A stretch of DNA of 64,000 bases. Origin: Utricularia gibba. Lineage: Eukaryota; Plantae; Magnoliophyta. A model generated the notes under the pieces. The model did no database searches. It worked only from the letters and a program-made list of their open reading frames with translations, and was not told the DNA's origin. The stretch covers positions 5,208,001 through 5,272,000 of the forward strand of contig CM007990.1 in the NCBI GenBank assembly GCA_002189035.1, given 5' to 3'. Positions 11,648 to 26,400 of this stretch are shown piece by piece (the first letter of the stretch is position 1; every line of letters starts with the position of its first letter). Made by a program: the position numbers and the translations under genes.

Positions 11648-14600
11648 CTCTCAATAATCCGGCGATTAAATTGAAATCGAAACACGGTAGATGAGCAAAA
11701 CCCTAGAAAATCGTTTGATCTTGGGGAAATCACCGAATTTTCGCTTGGGAAACAAGGCAATGATAGTCGGCTCGAAGGAGATGAAATGTGTAGGAATTGC
11801 ATGTCTAGTCCAAAGGGCCTCAATAAGCCCATTGACCGTGATGAGGCCCATTAATCAGGCCCAATATCCCATATGTTTATGTGTTGCCACCTACCTTCTT
11901 CTCTTGCAGGAAGGGGGGAACTACGTTGCTGTATAGATCATGAGCCAGTGTCGATCTCTCACTATATTCGTGATGAGAGGCACGAATCATGATTCATACC
12001 AAATGTGTTGAAATTAAAGATTCGATAAATCGAATGAATATAAATGAAGATTAAATATATAAGAAACATGAATTATATTTTAAAAAATTAAATATAAATG
12101 ATTATTAATGATTCATAATCTTTTATATACATAACTATTTTACTTTCAATTTCGAATTTTGATTGGTTAGCTCAGAGGACTGCGATTTATTGAGTGTTTG
12201 GTGTGTCATGGATGGAATGGGGATATCAGGGGTGATCCCACATCGGTCTTCAGCCTGGATTAGGTACCGGAATTGTACATTCCTCAGCGATGGCAACTTT
12301 TCAGTTTCCAGTTAACAGCAAAGGAAAAGCTTACCATTACATTAGTTTTGTGAATGATACCTGTTGAAGAAGCAACCTCGGAGATGCTGTCACAGAAAAG
12401 GCGAATGAGAACCCCAATGACATCTCAGAGTTTCATAAACTGACAAGCTTGTACCTGTACTTGGGCAAACTCCAAGCAACTCGAACACAGAAGCTGGATA
12501 ACAGTCAATAACAAAGAAACAATCAAAATCGTGCTCAAGTTCCCCTTCCAGAAGGCCCTGAAACCTTCTTCTTCCCGACAACAAATCAAACCAAGGCCTG
12601 CGGAAAGACTTCACACGTGTCGCAGACAACTGCCCCTTAAAACCAACGTGTAAGAATCTGGGAGTTCTCATGTTTATCATGTCTACACGTAGCCTATCCT
12701 TACTGGGTACGTTGCACACCCCCACCGCCACCTTCCCATCACCTTTTTGTTTTCCACTGATTCTTCTTATCTGGATGAAGACAAGTGTCGTCCTTGCTGT
12801 AGCAACACACACAGATATCTTCAAAGCACACTCCCCATTTGGAATGGGGAGAAATACAACACTCTCTGTAGTCAGTCGCTACTCCAGAATCAAAATACTG
12901 GAATTCCGAAAATCTGCAAAAAAGAAAACTGTGGCGAATCACAGAAGATTTTTCTCGTGTTGTGGGGATTGAATAGATGGTTCTATTCTGGTCAGATGAT
13001 CCGGTTTGCTCTGACTAATCAAAGGAATATTGATTGGTGGGCCAAGGCGCTGGTGGAAAAAAGACGAGGAATATTGTCATTTTATTTTATTTTCTTAAAA
13101 AAATTTACAAACACAAAAGTGTAGGGAATCATATAAAACTTTTGGTTGGTGTAAATATTTTCTTGATTTTACATTTTTTGGATCATGATAGTTTATAATT
13201 TATTTAGAATGTAATTTATGAATTTAAATTTCAAATATATATAATAGATAAATTTAATTATATTTGATTTAATCTGACAAAAATATTTATATTGATACAA
13301 GGGCTAAAATCAATTTAAAATATGCTTTATTATAAAAAAATTTACATTAAATAAATTACTCTTTAAAATCATATCTAAATTCATCAACCGCATAACCAAC
13401 GCGTTGAAAACATGAAAATCAATCTAAAATCATTCGTGACACGTCATCAAAATAGACCACATCTCCGTGCTAATTAACACGCTAATGAGAATAATTAGGA
13501 TTCTAATCCGAAAATGTTGCGACAAAGCAAATGGACCAAAGGCATCGAATTTGTGAAAGGTGGCCGCCCACCTTTATAAACTCGTCACATGAGATATGTG
13601 TGCTTGGGGCTTCAATGACACTACACACGTAAGATAAGGTAATATTTTATTTGATAATGTTATAATAAGAAAATATGATTAATTATTTTATCTTATCGAA
13701 ATATAAGAAATGAGTATTGATATGTCACGATACATGTTTCTTTTATACGATATTGTTTATTTTAAATATCTAATTATTATGATTTTATGTTCTTATTTTT
13801 TTGTGAAAAAAAATTATATAAAATTGATATGATTTTTATATTTAATACCCTCTCATCCCATGTTTATAACTAATATAGGATATTATCATCTTTACATTCC
13901 ATCCCACTTTGCATTCTCGTTAATTGTTCCTTGTTCCATCATTGGTGCGGGTTCGAGTGGAACTATAATACCAAATATTATGATTCATGTTTCATTCGTA
14001 TTATATTATAAATTGTAAATGTTAAGTGAACGAAATAAACAATAGGAAAAATTTCATTAAAGCCATCAAATTTATAGTCCGATTTCAATTTTTTCATCAA
14101 AGTTTTTTTGTTTCAATAAAACTATTAAACATATCAAAAAAATTTGATTTCAAATATAAATATAAAAATGGATTTTTTGTAATTGAATAAAACTATAATA
14201 AATCTGATTTAATGAAATTCATGAAATATACATACAATTTCATTTTCATCATAAAAAAATTTATTCACTAAAAAACTTAAATCATTATACGAAAAGTATT
14301 AACAATGTTAAAACTATTTTATTTGTAATCAAAGACAAAAAATTATCAATTTTTGTATTAATTTTTGATGAATTTAATGAAATCTTTTATTAAATTAGAT
14401 TATATTTTAATCCATGCAAATATAAGTTTACATAAATAAAAAATGAATTTATATATTTATTTTTAAAATTAAACGATTTTCATATGTTGAATTGTTTTAA
14501 TGAAACAAAAAAACTTTGATTGCAAAATTGAAAATGGAATATAAGTTTAATGGATTTAATGAAATTTGACCTAAACAATATCCTATAATAAAATAATGTA

Positions 14601-14868
14601 TGATCATATGGATATGGTTTGGTGTGTCTCCTTCTTTTGGCGTCTTTTCCTTGGAGACTTCACTTGCCCATTGTAGCGGATTGCTTTGCTCTTTCTTTTT
14701 TGTTTTCTTTCTGATTTTATCCGTTCGTTCAGCGGCGGTTAAGTCCTTGACGGTGGTGGGGGCCTTCCCATTTTGCGTATAAATCTGGGGGTTGTGGGGT
14801 TGTTGTTTTTCGCAGCCACGATTCTGATTTTGGGGTTTTCTTTTGAGAGTGAAATTCCAGTCTTCGCT

Positions 14869-15601
14869 ATGGAGGGCAGAACGCAAAAGAGTCTCTCTTC
14901 TTGTTCCGATATTTTTGTATCCAAAACTCCTCCTTCCGGGATTCGCTCAACAGTTTCGCCTCCTCCTGCTACGGTAAACAAAATGAATATCCTTTTCTGT
15001 GCTCATTGTCATGTCCAATTGCAGTAATTTCATCATTTTTTTTTGTGTGTATGTCATCAGACGTCTTGGGGGAAAAAATCGCCGCTTTCTCCTGAACCTG
15101 AGAAGCTAAATGGCTCAGGGAGTGGAATTGAATGGCGGAGTGTAAACTCTGATGTTTCAGGTTCTATTCGTTTTCTGGGCTCTTTCGAATCTCTTCCGCT
15201 TACGGTTTCTTAAACAAATGGGATGGTTCAGGACAGAAAAGGGGTTCTACAAAGGAGATCTTTGAGCATTACCCCGAGGACAAAGTGACGCCTTTTCACT
15301 ACGGTTCTTCAATATACTATGGTGCCCAAGACGTCTACTTCCAGACAACAGAGACTAGCCATACACCAACAGTAAGAATCATCCAACCACTCTCACGTAT
15401 CTCGATTCAAAAATTCTTACACTCCCTGAACAGGTCCAAAAGAATGGCGGTGGAGAAGATTTAGACTCTGCTCTAAGAGGAAACTGGTTTCAGGGTATGC
15501 CTAATATCGACCTTGCCGAATCAGGATCCCTTGATATGATCCATCTGTTCATATTCACAACTTTTTCCCCTTGTCTTCTTGCAGGATCCCTTTACTACTG
15601 A
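14869..15601 (+). CDS. SIS (salt-induced serine-rich)-like small protein (5 exons)
   Basis: Starts MEGR. Contains YGSSIYYGAQDVY and the terminal RGNWFQGSLYY*, matching the family motifs SSIYYGGQ and RGNWWQGSLYY. Confidence 0.85.
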
Positions 15602-17228
15602 ACTCTTATTACCAACATACACACACGTTTCTTTAGGTATGCATCAAGAACCTCATTTGTGACAGACAACCCCACGGACTTTGATCCAATTACCACGCTA
15701 ATTCCTTATCTGCAGGATATGTAAAGGGGGTAACTGCAGCTGTGTAGATTGGTTTCCGAGCCGCCTTAAGCTATAGCGCTGTTTTTGTGCAACTGTAGCT
15801 ATAGGGGTTCGTCTGATAGCTCTGTGGTTTATGCAACTGTAGCTGGAAACCTTGGGCATTGACTTCTTTCTGAATCTGGAGTCTTTGGATCAATGTAACT
15901 ATGTGTATGTTTATGAAGAAGAAACATCATGTGTGTTAGTTGCAGGGATTCTCTCACTGAAATCCAGCTTGTGCCATGATACTGTACAGGGACAATCCAA
16001 TGCCTATTCAAGAATTGGTAATCTGAAAGAGCATAGAGAACAACCATGTTTTTACCCCATCCATGAAACTTCACAAGATCATAAGTAACCCTAAAATGAC
16101 TATCAGATCCTTTTCTCACACAGATAGAATTATTTCAGACTACCAAATCTTGAAGTTGCATAGAATTACTTCAGAATTACAAAATCTCACACATAATTAT
16201 TTTCTAAGAATTGATTTTGAAAATTGAATTTATTACTAAACACATTTTTAATAAAAAATTGTAATTAATATTATTTTCAAAATAAATACCAATTTATATT
16301 CTTTTTTATCATACTTTCATTGTACTTATATTTGAGTTTGATAAATATTAATATTATATAATATACATTGTTCAAAGAAATTTATAAAATATAATTATTA
16401 ATAAGTATGATTAAATATATCATTTACTTATAAAAATCAATTGTTATTTTTTACATTACAAACATCAACAATTTTTTTTTCTAAAAAATTTAAATAGAAT
16501 CAATTTTCATTGTATTATAATTTTTAATTATAATAAAATCAATTTTTAAGTAATTTTTTCAATCCTAAAATTTAAATTTTCAAATCATTTTCTCAAAGTG
16601 TTTATATTCTATTTTTTAACATAGGACATTAATATGATTTTTCTTAACAAAAAAATAGGAATAATTACTGTGAATAATGAGCTCAATTATCACATTCACT
16701 TCTTACCGTTCTTTACATTTATTACTCATTGAAGGTTTTGTAAAGGTTTTATCGTATGGAGTTGGAATATTCTAATTTGCACCACCGCCCATTACTCGGC
16801 TGCCTATTTTCGGATTTTATTGGTTTGGGCAGATTTTTCCCAGATATATAATTTTGTCGGATAATTAATTATTCAACAATTTCTAAAATTAGAAGATTCA
16901 ATAATTTTGCTTATTAATGGGCGTAAATGCACAGGCTACAAAAATAAATAATTCTCAAGCACAAACGGCCGGACCGGGTTACGCGGTCCACGCTATTGGC
17001 TCCGCGAGTGTTTGTGGAATCACGCGCCGTCGTGCTGGGCCCGATGCCACGCCATCTATAAAAGACTGACGCGCTCTTTTCCGTTTTATTGTTTCTTATT
17101 TTCTGGGACCCTCTTCGATTCTGGTGCTCACGTTGACTGCGAGTCGTTCGAATTCCCCGCCCTTGATTTTTTCAGTCTCTGCTTTGTGTTCATCTACCCT
17201 GCAAATGACTAGGTTTGAGTCGGTTTTG

Positions 17229-18292
17229 ATGGCGGATGAAGGAGAGATCTGGTTGCCGTCGGAGTTTCTGACGGAAGAAGAGCTGTTGACGGACTTCAGG
17301 AGTCAAGATTTGATGGCTTCCCGAGGTGCCATGGTTTCCAGTCTGGGTTCGTTTCCTAGGTGGGTAACTGGAGGCTCGATTGAAAATGGGAGCGCCGAGA
17401 ACTACTCTATTATTCCGGGGCTGACGGGGAAATCTCCCCTGCAATATTTTCCATCTGAGAAGGTATGAAGATCTGCTAACACTTTCTTTTCTTCAAGTCT
17501 CTTGTTGTATCCTCTTATTCTCTTTGCTCGATTTCAGGGGAAGGCGTACGGAACTCCCCAATCAACTCTTTATTGCTGGGATTTGCTCTCTGCAGCGACG
17601 GAGGAGGCTGTGCGTATGAGAATGGTACATGAAACGACGGCGTTTCATAGCCCCCCTGCTCCTCCATTTTATCCTTACAGATCTCTTTCGGAGGCTTGTT
17701 TTGCGTATTTGCAACTCCGAGCTGTTAACGTTTGTCCCTCCCTGTTTCTCTTTTTGTTCGTGCTGTTGTTTGATTCGAGTTCATGGGTCAGCTTGCTTCT
17801 TGGTTTGTGCACAGCGGATGGTTCAACATCAGCAGAATAAAATCTCTGATCTCCAGCTCACCGGCGATTTCAGACGTACGGATTTCCCGCAACAGAGGCG
17901 GCAGCAACCCATATCTCCCGGTGCCCGCAATGGAACAGGGGTGTTTCTTCCACGGAGATTCGAACCTAGTGCTACGGTTGCCCGGAAACAGCACGGTATA
18001 TACTTCTCACTGCTTTTTTTTTTTTTTTTTTTTCTGGTTCCCCGGTCGATTGTTGCTGATTTGTATCTACTCTTTCTTTCTCCTATTCTCAGCATCCGTT
18101 CCTCCCGTAAAAGCCACGGATCCGAATCCAAGGGAATATTACGATAGTGCGTTTTCCCCTTTCAATCTCTGTGAATCCCAGCCGCAATCTTTCCCCGTCA
18201 ACGTTGCAGATGCCGCGGCGGTTGTTCCACAACGTCAGCATTTCCCGGCGGCGAATGGAGGCGTGGGGCTCCCCAAAGACTGTGCCCATTAG
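17229..18292 (+). CDS. Uncharacterised plant protein of the At2g39870/At3g55690-like family (4 exons)
   Basis: MADEGEIWLPSEFLTEE, GTPQSTL, WDLLSAA, GTGVFLPRR and a terminal LPKDCAH*, all resembling recalled family motifs. Splice phases are consistent. Confidence 0.8.
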
Positions 18293-20860
18293 CGTAGCCG
18301 GAGGCCTCCGACCTAGGGCTTCTTCTTCTGAGCGTTTGTACTTGCAGCGACGCAGTGACAAATTGATGACACCTCACCGGCGGTAGCGAAGTTCATAGGT
18401 CACGTGATTAGTGAATAATTAGGCAGGCGTGGGAAAATGGAGTGTCTGATTAGTTTTTAAACCACGTGCACATAGCAGGTAATAACAGCATTAGCCTCCC
18501 GATCGCTTCTTGCCTCTTTGTAGTACTTGCTAACGTTATAATCTCCTCTTAATTTGTCAAAATAATAGAAAAATTGATCCCCAATAATTCAATATCGTAC
18601 GAAACAAAAATATTTAAAGTATAAAAGTTTAAAAATTAATTATACTGATACGTCAAATTTTAGGAATTAACTATATTTGATAACTAAAATTTTGAAAACC
18701 CAATTTGTGAGAACTGATAAAATACTTAATTTATATTAAAATAAGTGGGATATTTTTGTCAAAATATTAAATATTGACGTTTTTTATGCAATTTCTACAT
18801 CTAAAAATAAATTCATACATTCTTTAATTATACTACATAATTCGTTTGAAACATTCGATTCTTACGATGTTATATTATTTTTTTATAAAAAAAAGAGTTA
18901 ATACAAAATTAGAAGTATCATTTTATTTAAACATATATTTTCTCCATTAATAATCAATGTGGTATATAGTAACAAATCCCTTTATCTCATCCAATAAATT
19001 GAGAACCAAAATTAACTGTATTTTGTAATTTTTGTTATTATTTACAAAAAAAAAACACGGAGTGGAGTAGTAGTGTAGTGTGGCGCCCAATTCACAGCCC
19101 ATGTACAGCTACGAAGAGGAGGGAATTTGTCCCCACCATTTTTATTCTTTTTAAAACTGCGTAATTATGGATTATAAAGGCAGTTAGTTAATGACACCGA
19201 CAGGTCCAAAATATTAATAATATTTAAGAAAATATTTTATATTGGACTATAAATAAAATTAAAAAAGAATGATTAATGCACAATCATGACTGAGCACCAT
19301 CCCTGCTTTCATTACACACGACCGACTACCGAGGAAGTGGTCATAGCTTTGAAAAGTGTGCCACGCCTGACACTTTCCACATTGTCGATTTAGAAATTGC
19401 TTTACGTCCCCATTCCAATTCCAGACATGCTCTCCCAAATTCCACTATTTCCTTTATTGCCCGCCCCTCCCCATTAATCAATTTAAGACAAAATATAAAT
19501 TATAGATTTATATGATATTGTTATAATATGCATTATTTATGAAATATAATTATATATATAAACAATTTATATTGCACGATATTGTACATTTAAAACACTC
19601 AATATTTATAGTTTTATTTTTTTCTACATTATTTGACTGCCTTATTAAAAAGTCACACATTCTCACTTTATGTCATTCAAGCACATTTAACTTTGAAGTT
19701 ACTGCCTATCATATTCAATCATGTGAGTAAAAAAATCTTGTGTAAGATTTATATGATCATTCTATTCAATCAAATTCTATCTCTTATTCATAATTAATGT
19801 CAGATTTTCTTAAAAACCTTTCACTCTCCCTCCCTAGGATAGGACATCACACACACACACATATATATCTAATACACATGTTAAATTTTAGAGACTAATT
19901 ATATCTAATATATGAGATTTTAAGAACTATTTACCACTAGAAATAAATGACATAATTTATATTAAAAAATACCGAATAATTTTACTAAATGTTAAAATGT
20001 GGAGTTTTTTGATGAAATTTTCTCAATTTTTAATTTATATTATATCATAATTTTCAATTTTTTTCGATTAAAATGATTATCCCCTGGCATTAGGTCACAA
20101 AACATGTTTGATTACAAATCTACTGGTCATTAATCTGTTATGCCTCAGGAGAGTGACCACTGACCACTCCGTTCGTAGGCGTACCCCTGGGCCGAAGATG
20201 ACATGACACGGCGACAACCGGTGTCCAATCTGGGGGTCCACAATGTGGGCCCCCATGAGCCCTAATTAATTCATCTGCTGTGGCCGAGGACTTCGTTCTC
20301 AGTTGCCGAGTAAACTGACCCGTTTTTTCGCGCGGGGATTTCCTCTCTCTTTCGTACTCTTTCACCGGAACGGAAGTTTCCTTTCGGGATTTCAGACTGG
20401 GATCCTGGTGGTTTGCATTTCTTCTGCAGCTGTGAGATTTTATTCGCCTTCTGTTGTTCTTGTCTGCTTCCGTTGGGTGGTTGGGAAAGAGCTCTCTTTG
20501 TGGTGTGATTTCTTGTTTACTGCTGGATTTTGGTTTTTTTTTTTGGGATGCAAGAAACCAGTTTTTTTGTGGATCGTGATGGAGAGTGTTGCGTCTTCTT
20601 TAAAATGTTGCCGAAGATTTCAGCGCATTACTTAATTTTGGTGCAATTATTGTAGAGTTTGAGATTAGGGTGTTTTTGTTGTGGGTTTTGTGATGGGAAT
20701 CGTGTGAAAATAGTTGGAATCAGTTGTGCGATTTCATGTTCAGCATCTGCTTGTATGCGTTATGTGAACTGTGATGAGCATTTCGCTGCTTAATGGGCAA
20801 GATTTCTCGGATACTGCACTTCAATCATACATATGTAATTGTTGCAAACTGATGTTTCAG

Positions 20861-23428
20861 ATGCAAAGGGATCCTGTGAAGATCAGGTCCCATAGTACGG
20901 CAAGATCTGTAAAAGAGTTGAAGCGTGTCTTTGAGCCGGAGGGTACTTTGAGAGATCTGGAATCATTGGATGATGTCAAAATGAGAAGCAAGGGATCATC
21001 CTGTGGAGTATCTAGGCAGGGGGCTGATGCATTTTCCGGGGCATGCCCTGTCCTAGAAGAGCCTGGAAAAGGCACAGATGATGAGGTTCTTCGGAACATG
21101 TCCAAGTTACCTGGATTTCTACAGAATGCGAATGAGGACTCTGTTCAAGATAAGGCACTGAATTTTGGTGTTATTGATTGGAAGCGGTTGGAGAAGTGGA
21201 AGTATAATGAACGGATGCCGGGAAAAAATATCATGAAAACGTCCATGGACAGGAAATCAAGCTTTTCTACAAATGGAGTGCCCAAAATCGATCCAACCAT
21301 AGAAAGAACTGCCTCGTTGCAGTCGTCAAGACAGTCCATACCGTCTGGTTCACGTTCCAGCTCAGTTCAGAGACAGTATCCCCCTAGAAGCTCACACCTC
21401 AGTTCATTGAGCAAAAACGAAAACGGCAGCTATAATGAATCTGGAAGTCATTCTGAGCCATCTTCCTTCAAAGATCAAATCTTTCGATACAGAGAGAATG
21501 GTGACGAGGTTATTAAACGTTTTTCATTATCCAAGGCCTGTGCAGAGGAACTCCCTCAGACAAATTTGAACATCAGCAGTACGGAGGATGTAATGGTAGA
21601 AATTCCTTGTAAGGAAGATGTTTCACCCTCAGTTCATAGCAGACAAAAGTTTTCTTCAATTCAACATGAAAACTTAAATACTTGTCCAGGACTTGGGTTC
21701 ACTTATCTGTCTTGCTCAGTGGACAAAGATTTTCCGTTGAATGCCTCAGAATGCTCTCAGCCCAATGGATCCAGGTCCTCATATGATGGAAATTCTGATG
21801 AAGAAACAGGGAATAGATTTTCTGATTTTTGCTCTCAAGAGCTTAACTCTACTGAGTCGCCCTTTGTTAGTGCACACTCTTGTCCTCAACCATCTGACTC
21901 CCCAAGTCAAGAAAATGACCCTGTTGGTCAATATTATGGTTATCCCTCCTCTAACGTTCAAAATTCAATCACATCCTCAATGTCAGAAGCCAGATGTTCG
22001 AGAGTTCCAGGAAAAGCTGTTGAGCCTTCATCATCACATTCTGAGTTTGGTGGCAAAAATCTTGTGAAAGTAAGAGCTCCCTCTCCTTCCCAAAGGTTTA
22101 GCTTTAGCCGTGGAAAGACGAGCAGAAGTTCCAACTTAGAAACCCCAGTAGTTCCAGAATCGAATTCCTCAGGCTCTTCTCTCGTATCTGGCGTGATGAA
22201 GCCTGAAGTTCCTTCTACTATTTCAGGTAGGTTTCAAAGAGACCATCCAAATGCTAATGCAAAGGGAAGATCCAGCCCTTACGCAGACTGTTGGATCCCT
22301 TTCTGAAGCATAAAACTGCTCAATCATCAGAGAGTATTCGGCCCAGGATGTTAGCTTACCTCCGAAACCTAAACCGCACACCAGTGGACCATCTAAGAGT
22401 AAACAGGGTGTGGTGTTGAAAGTTCAAGCTTTTTTGCGGGTAACTGTAAAGGATGAACTTCCCTTTACAAGCTTGTCATACAGACTAGTAACAGCATGCT
22501 AGTCGCGGCTGTAAAGAAGCTGTGGGTTCCCGGGAAACTTGATCCACTAGTGATTTACTCATTCTATTCAGTATGTGGGATCAAGAAAAGAAGCATGAAC
22601 TGGCTCACTAAAGGATCAAATAGCAAAACCTGCAGTCTTGCCTATCGCATGATCGGTCAGCTAAGGATTTCAAAGTCCTGTTGTCCAGAAGTAAGCTGTA
22701 GTGGTTCCAGCAAATGTGAGAAATGGGAAAGTGCATTGTATGCTTCTGATCCGCAGCAAGACTCCAAGCACAATTCTTGTGCACTCAAGAATGAGATTGC
22801 AGCCATTATTACAAATACCACAAATGAGGATTGTAATCATGATGAAGATAAAGATTTTCGTGGCACGGCAGTCATTCTTCCTGGTGGTGACCATGGTAAG
22901 CCCACTACAGGAGCACCATCTTCCTTAGTCAGCAGATGGAAGGGATCATGTGATTGCGGCGGTTGGGATATCGGATGCAAGCTGCGAGTACTTAAACAAG
23001 TCAGTGAAAACAGAAAGAATCTTCAAGAACCACTTCCCAACTCACCCACTGGCAGTTTAAAACTTTGTTTAGAGGTATGATGATCCTCCCTCACTTGTAT
23101 TATTATACTTCTAACCTATAAAAAGGTACACGATCGCAATGCCTTGCCATTTTCCTTGTAGGGTCAAGATAGCAGGATGGATCCTATCCTGAGCATCGAA
23201 CCATTGGACAGCGGGTTGTATTCCATCAAGTTTGATGATTCCGTGCCGGTATTAGAGGCTTTTGCTACATGTGTAGCACACCTTACTCCCCTAAAGTTCC
23301 CTGGAACCATCACCATGGTTACCAAAGAGCAAACAGATGTGGGAACTGATCCTACAAAAATCCCGGAACCATTCCGAGTAAAGGACCTTCCGGTGAAGAC
23401 CCCCCACGCCTCCGTTGGCAGGATCTGA
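20861..23428 (+). CDS. DUF3527 domain protein (three apparent 1-bp frameshifts at about 22276, 22342 and 22461); exact start uncertain
   Basis: NFGVIDWKRLEKW, repaired RSSPLRRLLDPFLK, NEIAAII, VILPGGDHGKP, SSLVSRWKGSCDCGGWDIGCKL, LYSIKFDDSVPVLEAFATCVA and terminal VGRI*. Confidence 0.88.
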
Positions 23429-26400
23429 CGAGCAACGCCACGGCGGCGGCGGAAGGTCTGATTTTAGGATCCATTCTTGTGCAGTGTTATCTGAACTGCG
23501 AACTCAGGCATTTGCTTGGTGTAAGGCTGGAATTGTGAAAAGCCCTTTTCAGTTTCTGCTCAGCGAGCACAGTGTGCATCCAATCTTCTTGGTAATTCCA
23601 GGCATTCAGACTTCACCAAAAAAGAAAAGGTGACCAGATGTGGTGCACTACACCCAAGTGGACTGTGGACCCTTCTCTGAAGTATTGGGCCCACAGACCA
23701 CATGCAACATGGGTCGGGCCCACATTAGGCCCCACGTGCGTCGTTTTCTTTTTCGAAATTCATATTATGGTTTTTTTTCAGAAAAATAAGGTTTTCATTT
23801 ATTTTAGTAGTATCAAGTTAATAGTAATAATAATTCAATACATATATATTCATATATATGTATTTTATTTATTTATTTTAAAAAAATAACTATGTAATAA
23901 AATTTAAAACTGTTTAAAGCGTGAACTCGCGTGGGCGCGTGCCCCATAAATCTCCACGACGGACAGCACCACTTCGGAGCATTACGGTCGCCCATCCGAT
24001 GGGCTTGCGCGATACTGAAGTGTCTGGGTGGGAGAGGGCTTCCCGGCAGTTTCCGATGGTCCTCTTTGTTATGAGAAGGCAAGAGAATCTCCATTTTGAT
24101 TTCTGATTGGTTTTCTTGCATCGCCCACTACGTAAGTGTGCTGCTGTTTCAGATTTTGACGATATGGGAACTGGGTTGGTTGGCTTTACATATTGGGATT
24201 TGGAAGGGTTCCTTTTCTCGTGAGAAAGATGCGTATGTGAGAACTGTTTGCGCTGTGATGATAGAATGCCACTCCTCTTGGCTTCACTACGCTGAAGATG
24301 TCATTTTATATCGGTCGCGATGCCTCCATGCTTTCCCTGATTCATAATCTGATGGGTTTGCCCTTATTTTCCCTGCCAAGCTGTGGAAGAGGGTTTGCTC
24401 AGAGACAACAACAGAACTCAACTTCTCGCCGAAAATTGGAAGCATGTCTCCGGTGGTCTACTTTTCAGGTTTGATTAAACAAGAATTTTCTTGTTGGTAA
24501 CGTGTTTTCGTGTATTTGAACCAATCACGATCACCTTTTTTAAAAAAAATATTTCCCGGGTGTTTTACATGAAAGGGCTGGTTTAAGTGTTTCCTTTACG
24601 TAAACTGGCTTCTAGTGGTGATATTTTCTTACGTTGTGGACCACCAATCTGGAGATGTGAATATGTTAACGTTGACTTGATTTTTTGGGTGATAATTTTA
24701 CTTCTTGGAATCAATGTATTCCAGGGCTAGCAGCTCGCGGAGTTAAATTATCTACACCGATCTGGTCCCGTTCTTATGGATGTCGGCTTCTTTGTTTCTT
24801 CTACTCGTGATGTTGTTTGTTTTGCTGAAACCCAGGGGATAAAGCATATATTAGTAAAACTGCCTTGACCCTTGTTTTGCTGTCTTTTGTCTTGGATAGT
24901 TACCCTTGGTTTCATCTAGCTGCACTATGATTTTTTCGCATTTGTTCAATAAGAGCAATTTTATTTGAATAACTTGTGTATTCAACTCATCACCCAGGGG
25001 ACTTTCCATCCTTTCATATTGAAGACGAAGAAGCTTTATGCTTTTCATGTATGGTGCGGAGTGTTGGCCTTCTTAGTTGTAAGTAAGAATAAGTTCTTTA
25101 GGTACGTTGGATTTGCAGCTGGTAACTTGTCCAAAATAATTTTACTGGAAACTCAGGCTTGGCAGTTTCTTCTCATCTTAACATTTTATTCCATCCAACT
25201 TCCCGGTCCTAAAAATCACCGGCGAGCGGTAAAAGAAACATTTGATGCCATGCAACTCTAATGCTTCTTTATCAGTTTAGATTCTGTATAAATTCTACCA
25301 ACACTTTTTTGTTCTTATTTTCATCAACTATGTTTCTGTTGTTCTTCGTGGAGTGCTTTACAGTTTAGGGGATTTGATTTTCTCATCATTCTCTTTGGTT
25401 TTTGTTCTTACTTTGCATAACCATGGAACTTAGAGGTAAATATCCTTTATCCACCTTAGTGCACTCCCATTCTTCCTACATTCAGCTTCGCAATTCTCAT
25501 TATTTATATGGTTTCAAAGCTTTGTAAAAGTCTTCTCCTGGCTCACCGTTGTAATCTATAGTTTCTTTATCATTGCATCACGCAAGCACTAGACTGTCGT
25601 GGTCGCATTGAAAGATATGCTTTGTCCTGGAAAATACTATGTACCTCTCATGATCATGGGATGCTTTTGCCGTTAAGATACGAATAACATGCTGTTTTTT
25701 TCATTCGTCTCATGTCAACTTGAACCATGAAGTGCAGACTACCTGATCGGTCAATATCCCTCGTTCTCCCTGTGGCAGGCAAAACAAATCGATAGAAGAG
25801 TTGTGGAAGCCGGCGGATGGATACTAGATGACTATTATAGGCCGCAAAATGGCAAAATTTTGGAGGATGGAAATCATGTGGGCGAAACTGCACTGAATGA
25901 TTTGTGCAGTTTCTTTTGGTGGAGAATGGAAAGAAGAAATGGGAATTGGGAATCCATGTTCGGTTGTTCGGGTCTGGTCCTACATGCATTTGTGGGGTTG
26001 TCTCCTACTTCAGTGTTCCTCGTGGTTTCTTGTTCGGCATTAATTTGGGTCAAACCTCAATCAATAATGGCGGCCCACGCTCTGTCTCTTCTGTTTCATT
26101 ACAAAAAACCAACCAGACAAGGCTGCAACTTAAAGTGATGAAACTTTTAATGATCCTGGAATAAAAAAACGGTTTCTACAGAGGATGAATTGGTTCTCAA
26201 AGAATGTCATTTCCGTTATCATCCAGTTACACTGTGGATTTCTTGTGAAGAGATGAGACAATCTCTGACAAGACGCTCAATAATAACACTGTTCACCACA
26301 CGAAAGCTGTTTTGTCTTGGTGTGTTCATAAAAAGATCATGTATCATGTAACAGTGTTGGTTAGTTCAAAAGTTTCCCTTTTTTTCCTTGACAAAGCTCG

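Noticed and set aside
12235-12245. ATCCCACATCG, a perfect plant snRNA USE consensus (possible U-snRNA, 7SL or telomerase RNA promoter)
   Set aside because: No TATA box at either the Pol III or the Pol II spacing, and no recognisable snRNA or CTAAACCCT template downstream.
16200-16620. AT-rich segment with loose inverted ends (possible MITE)
   Set aside because: No clean TIR or TSD; low-complexity AT sequence produces such matches by chance.
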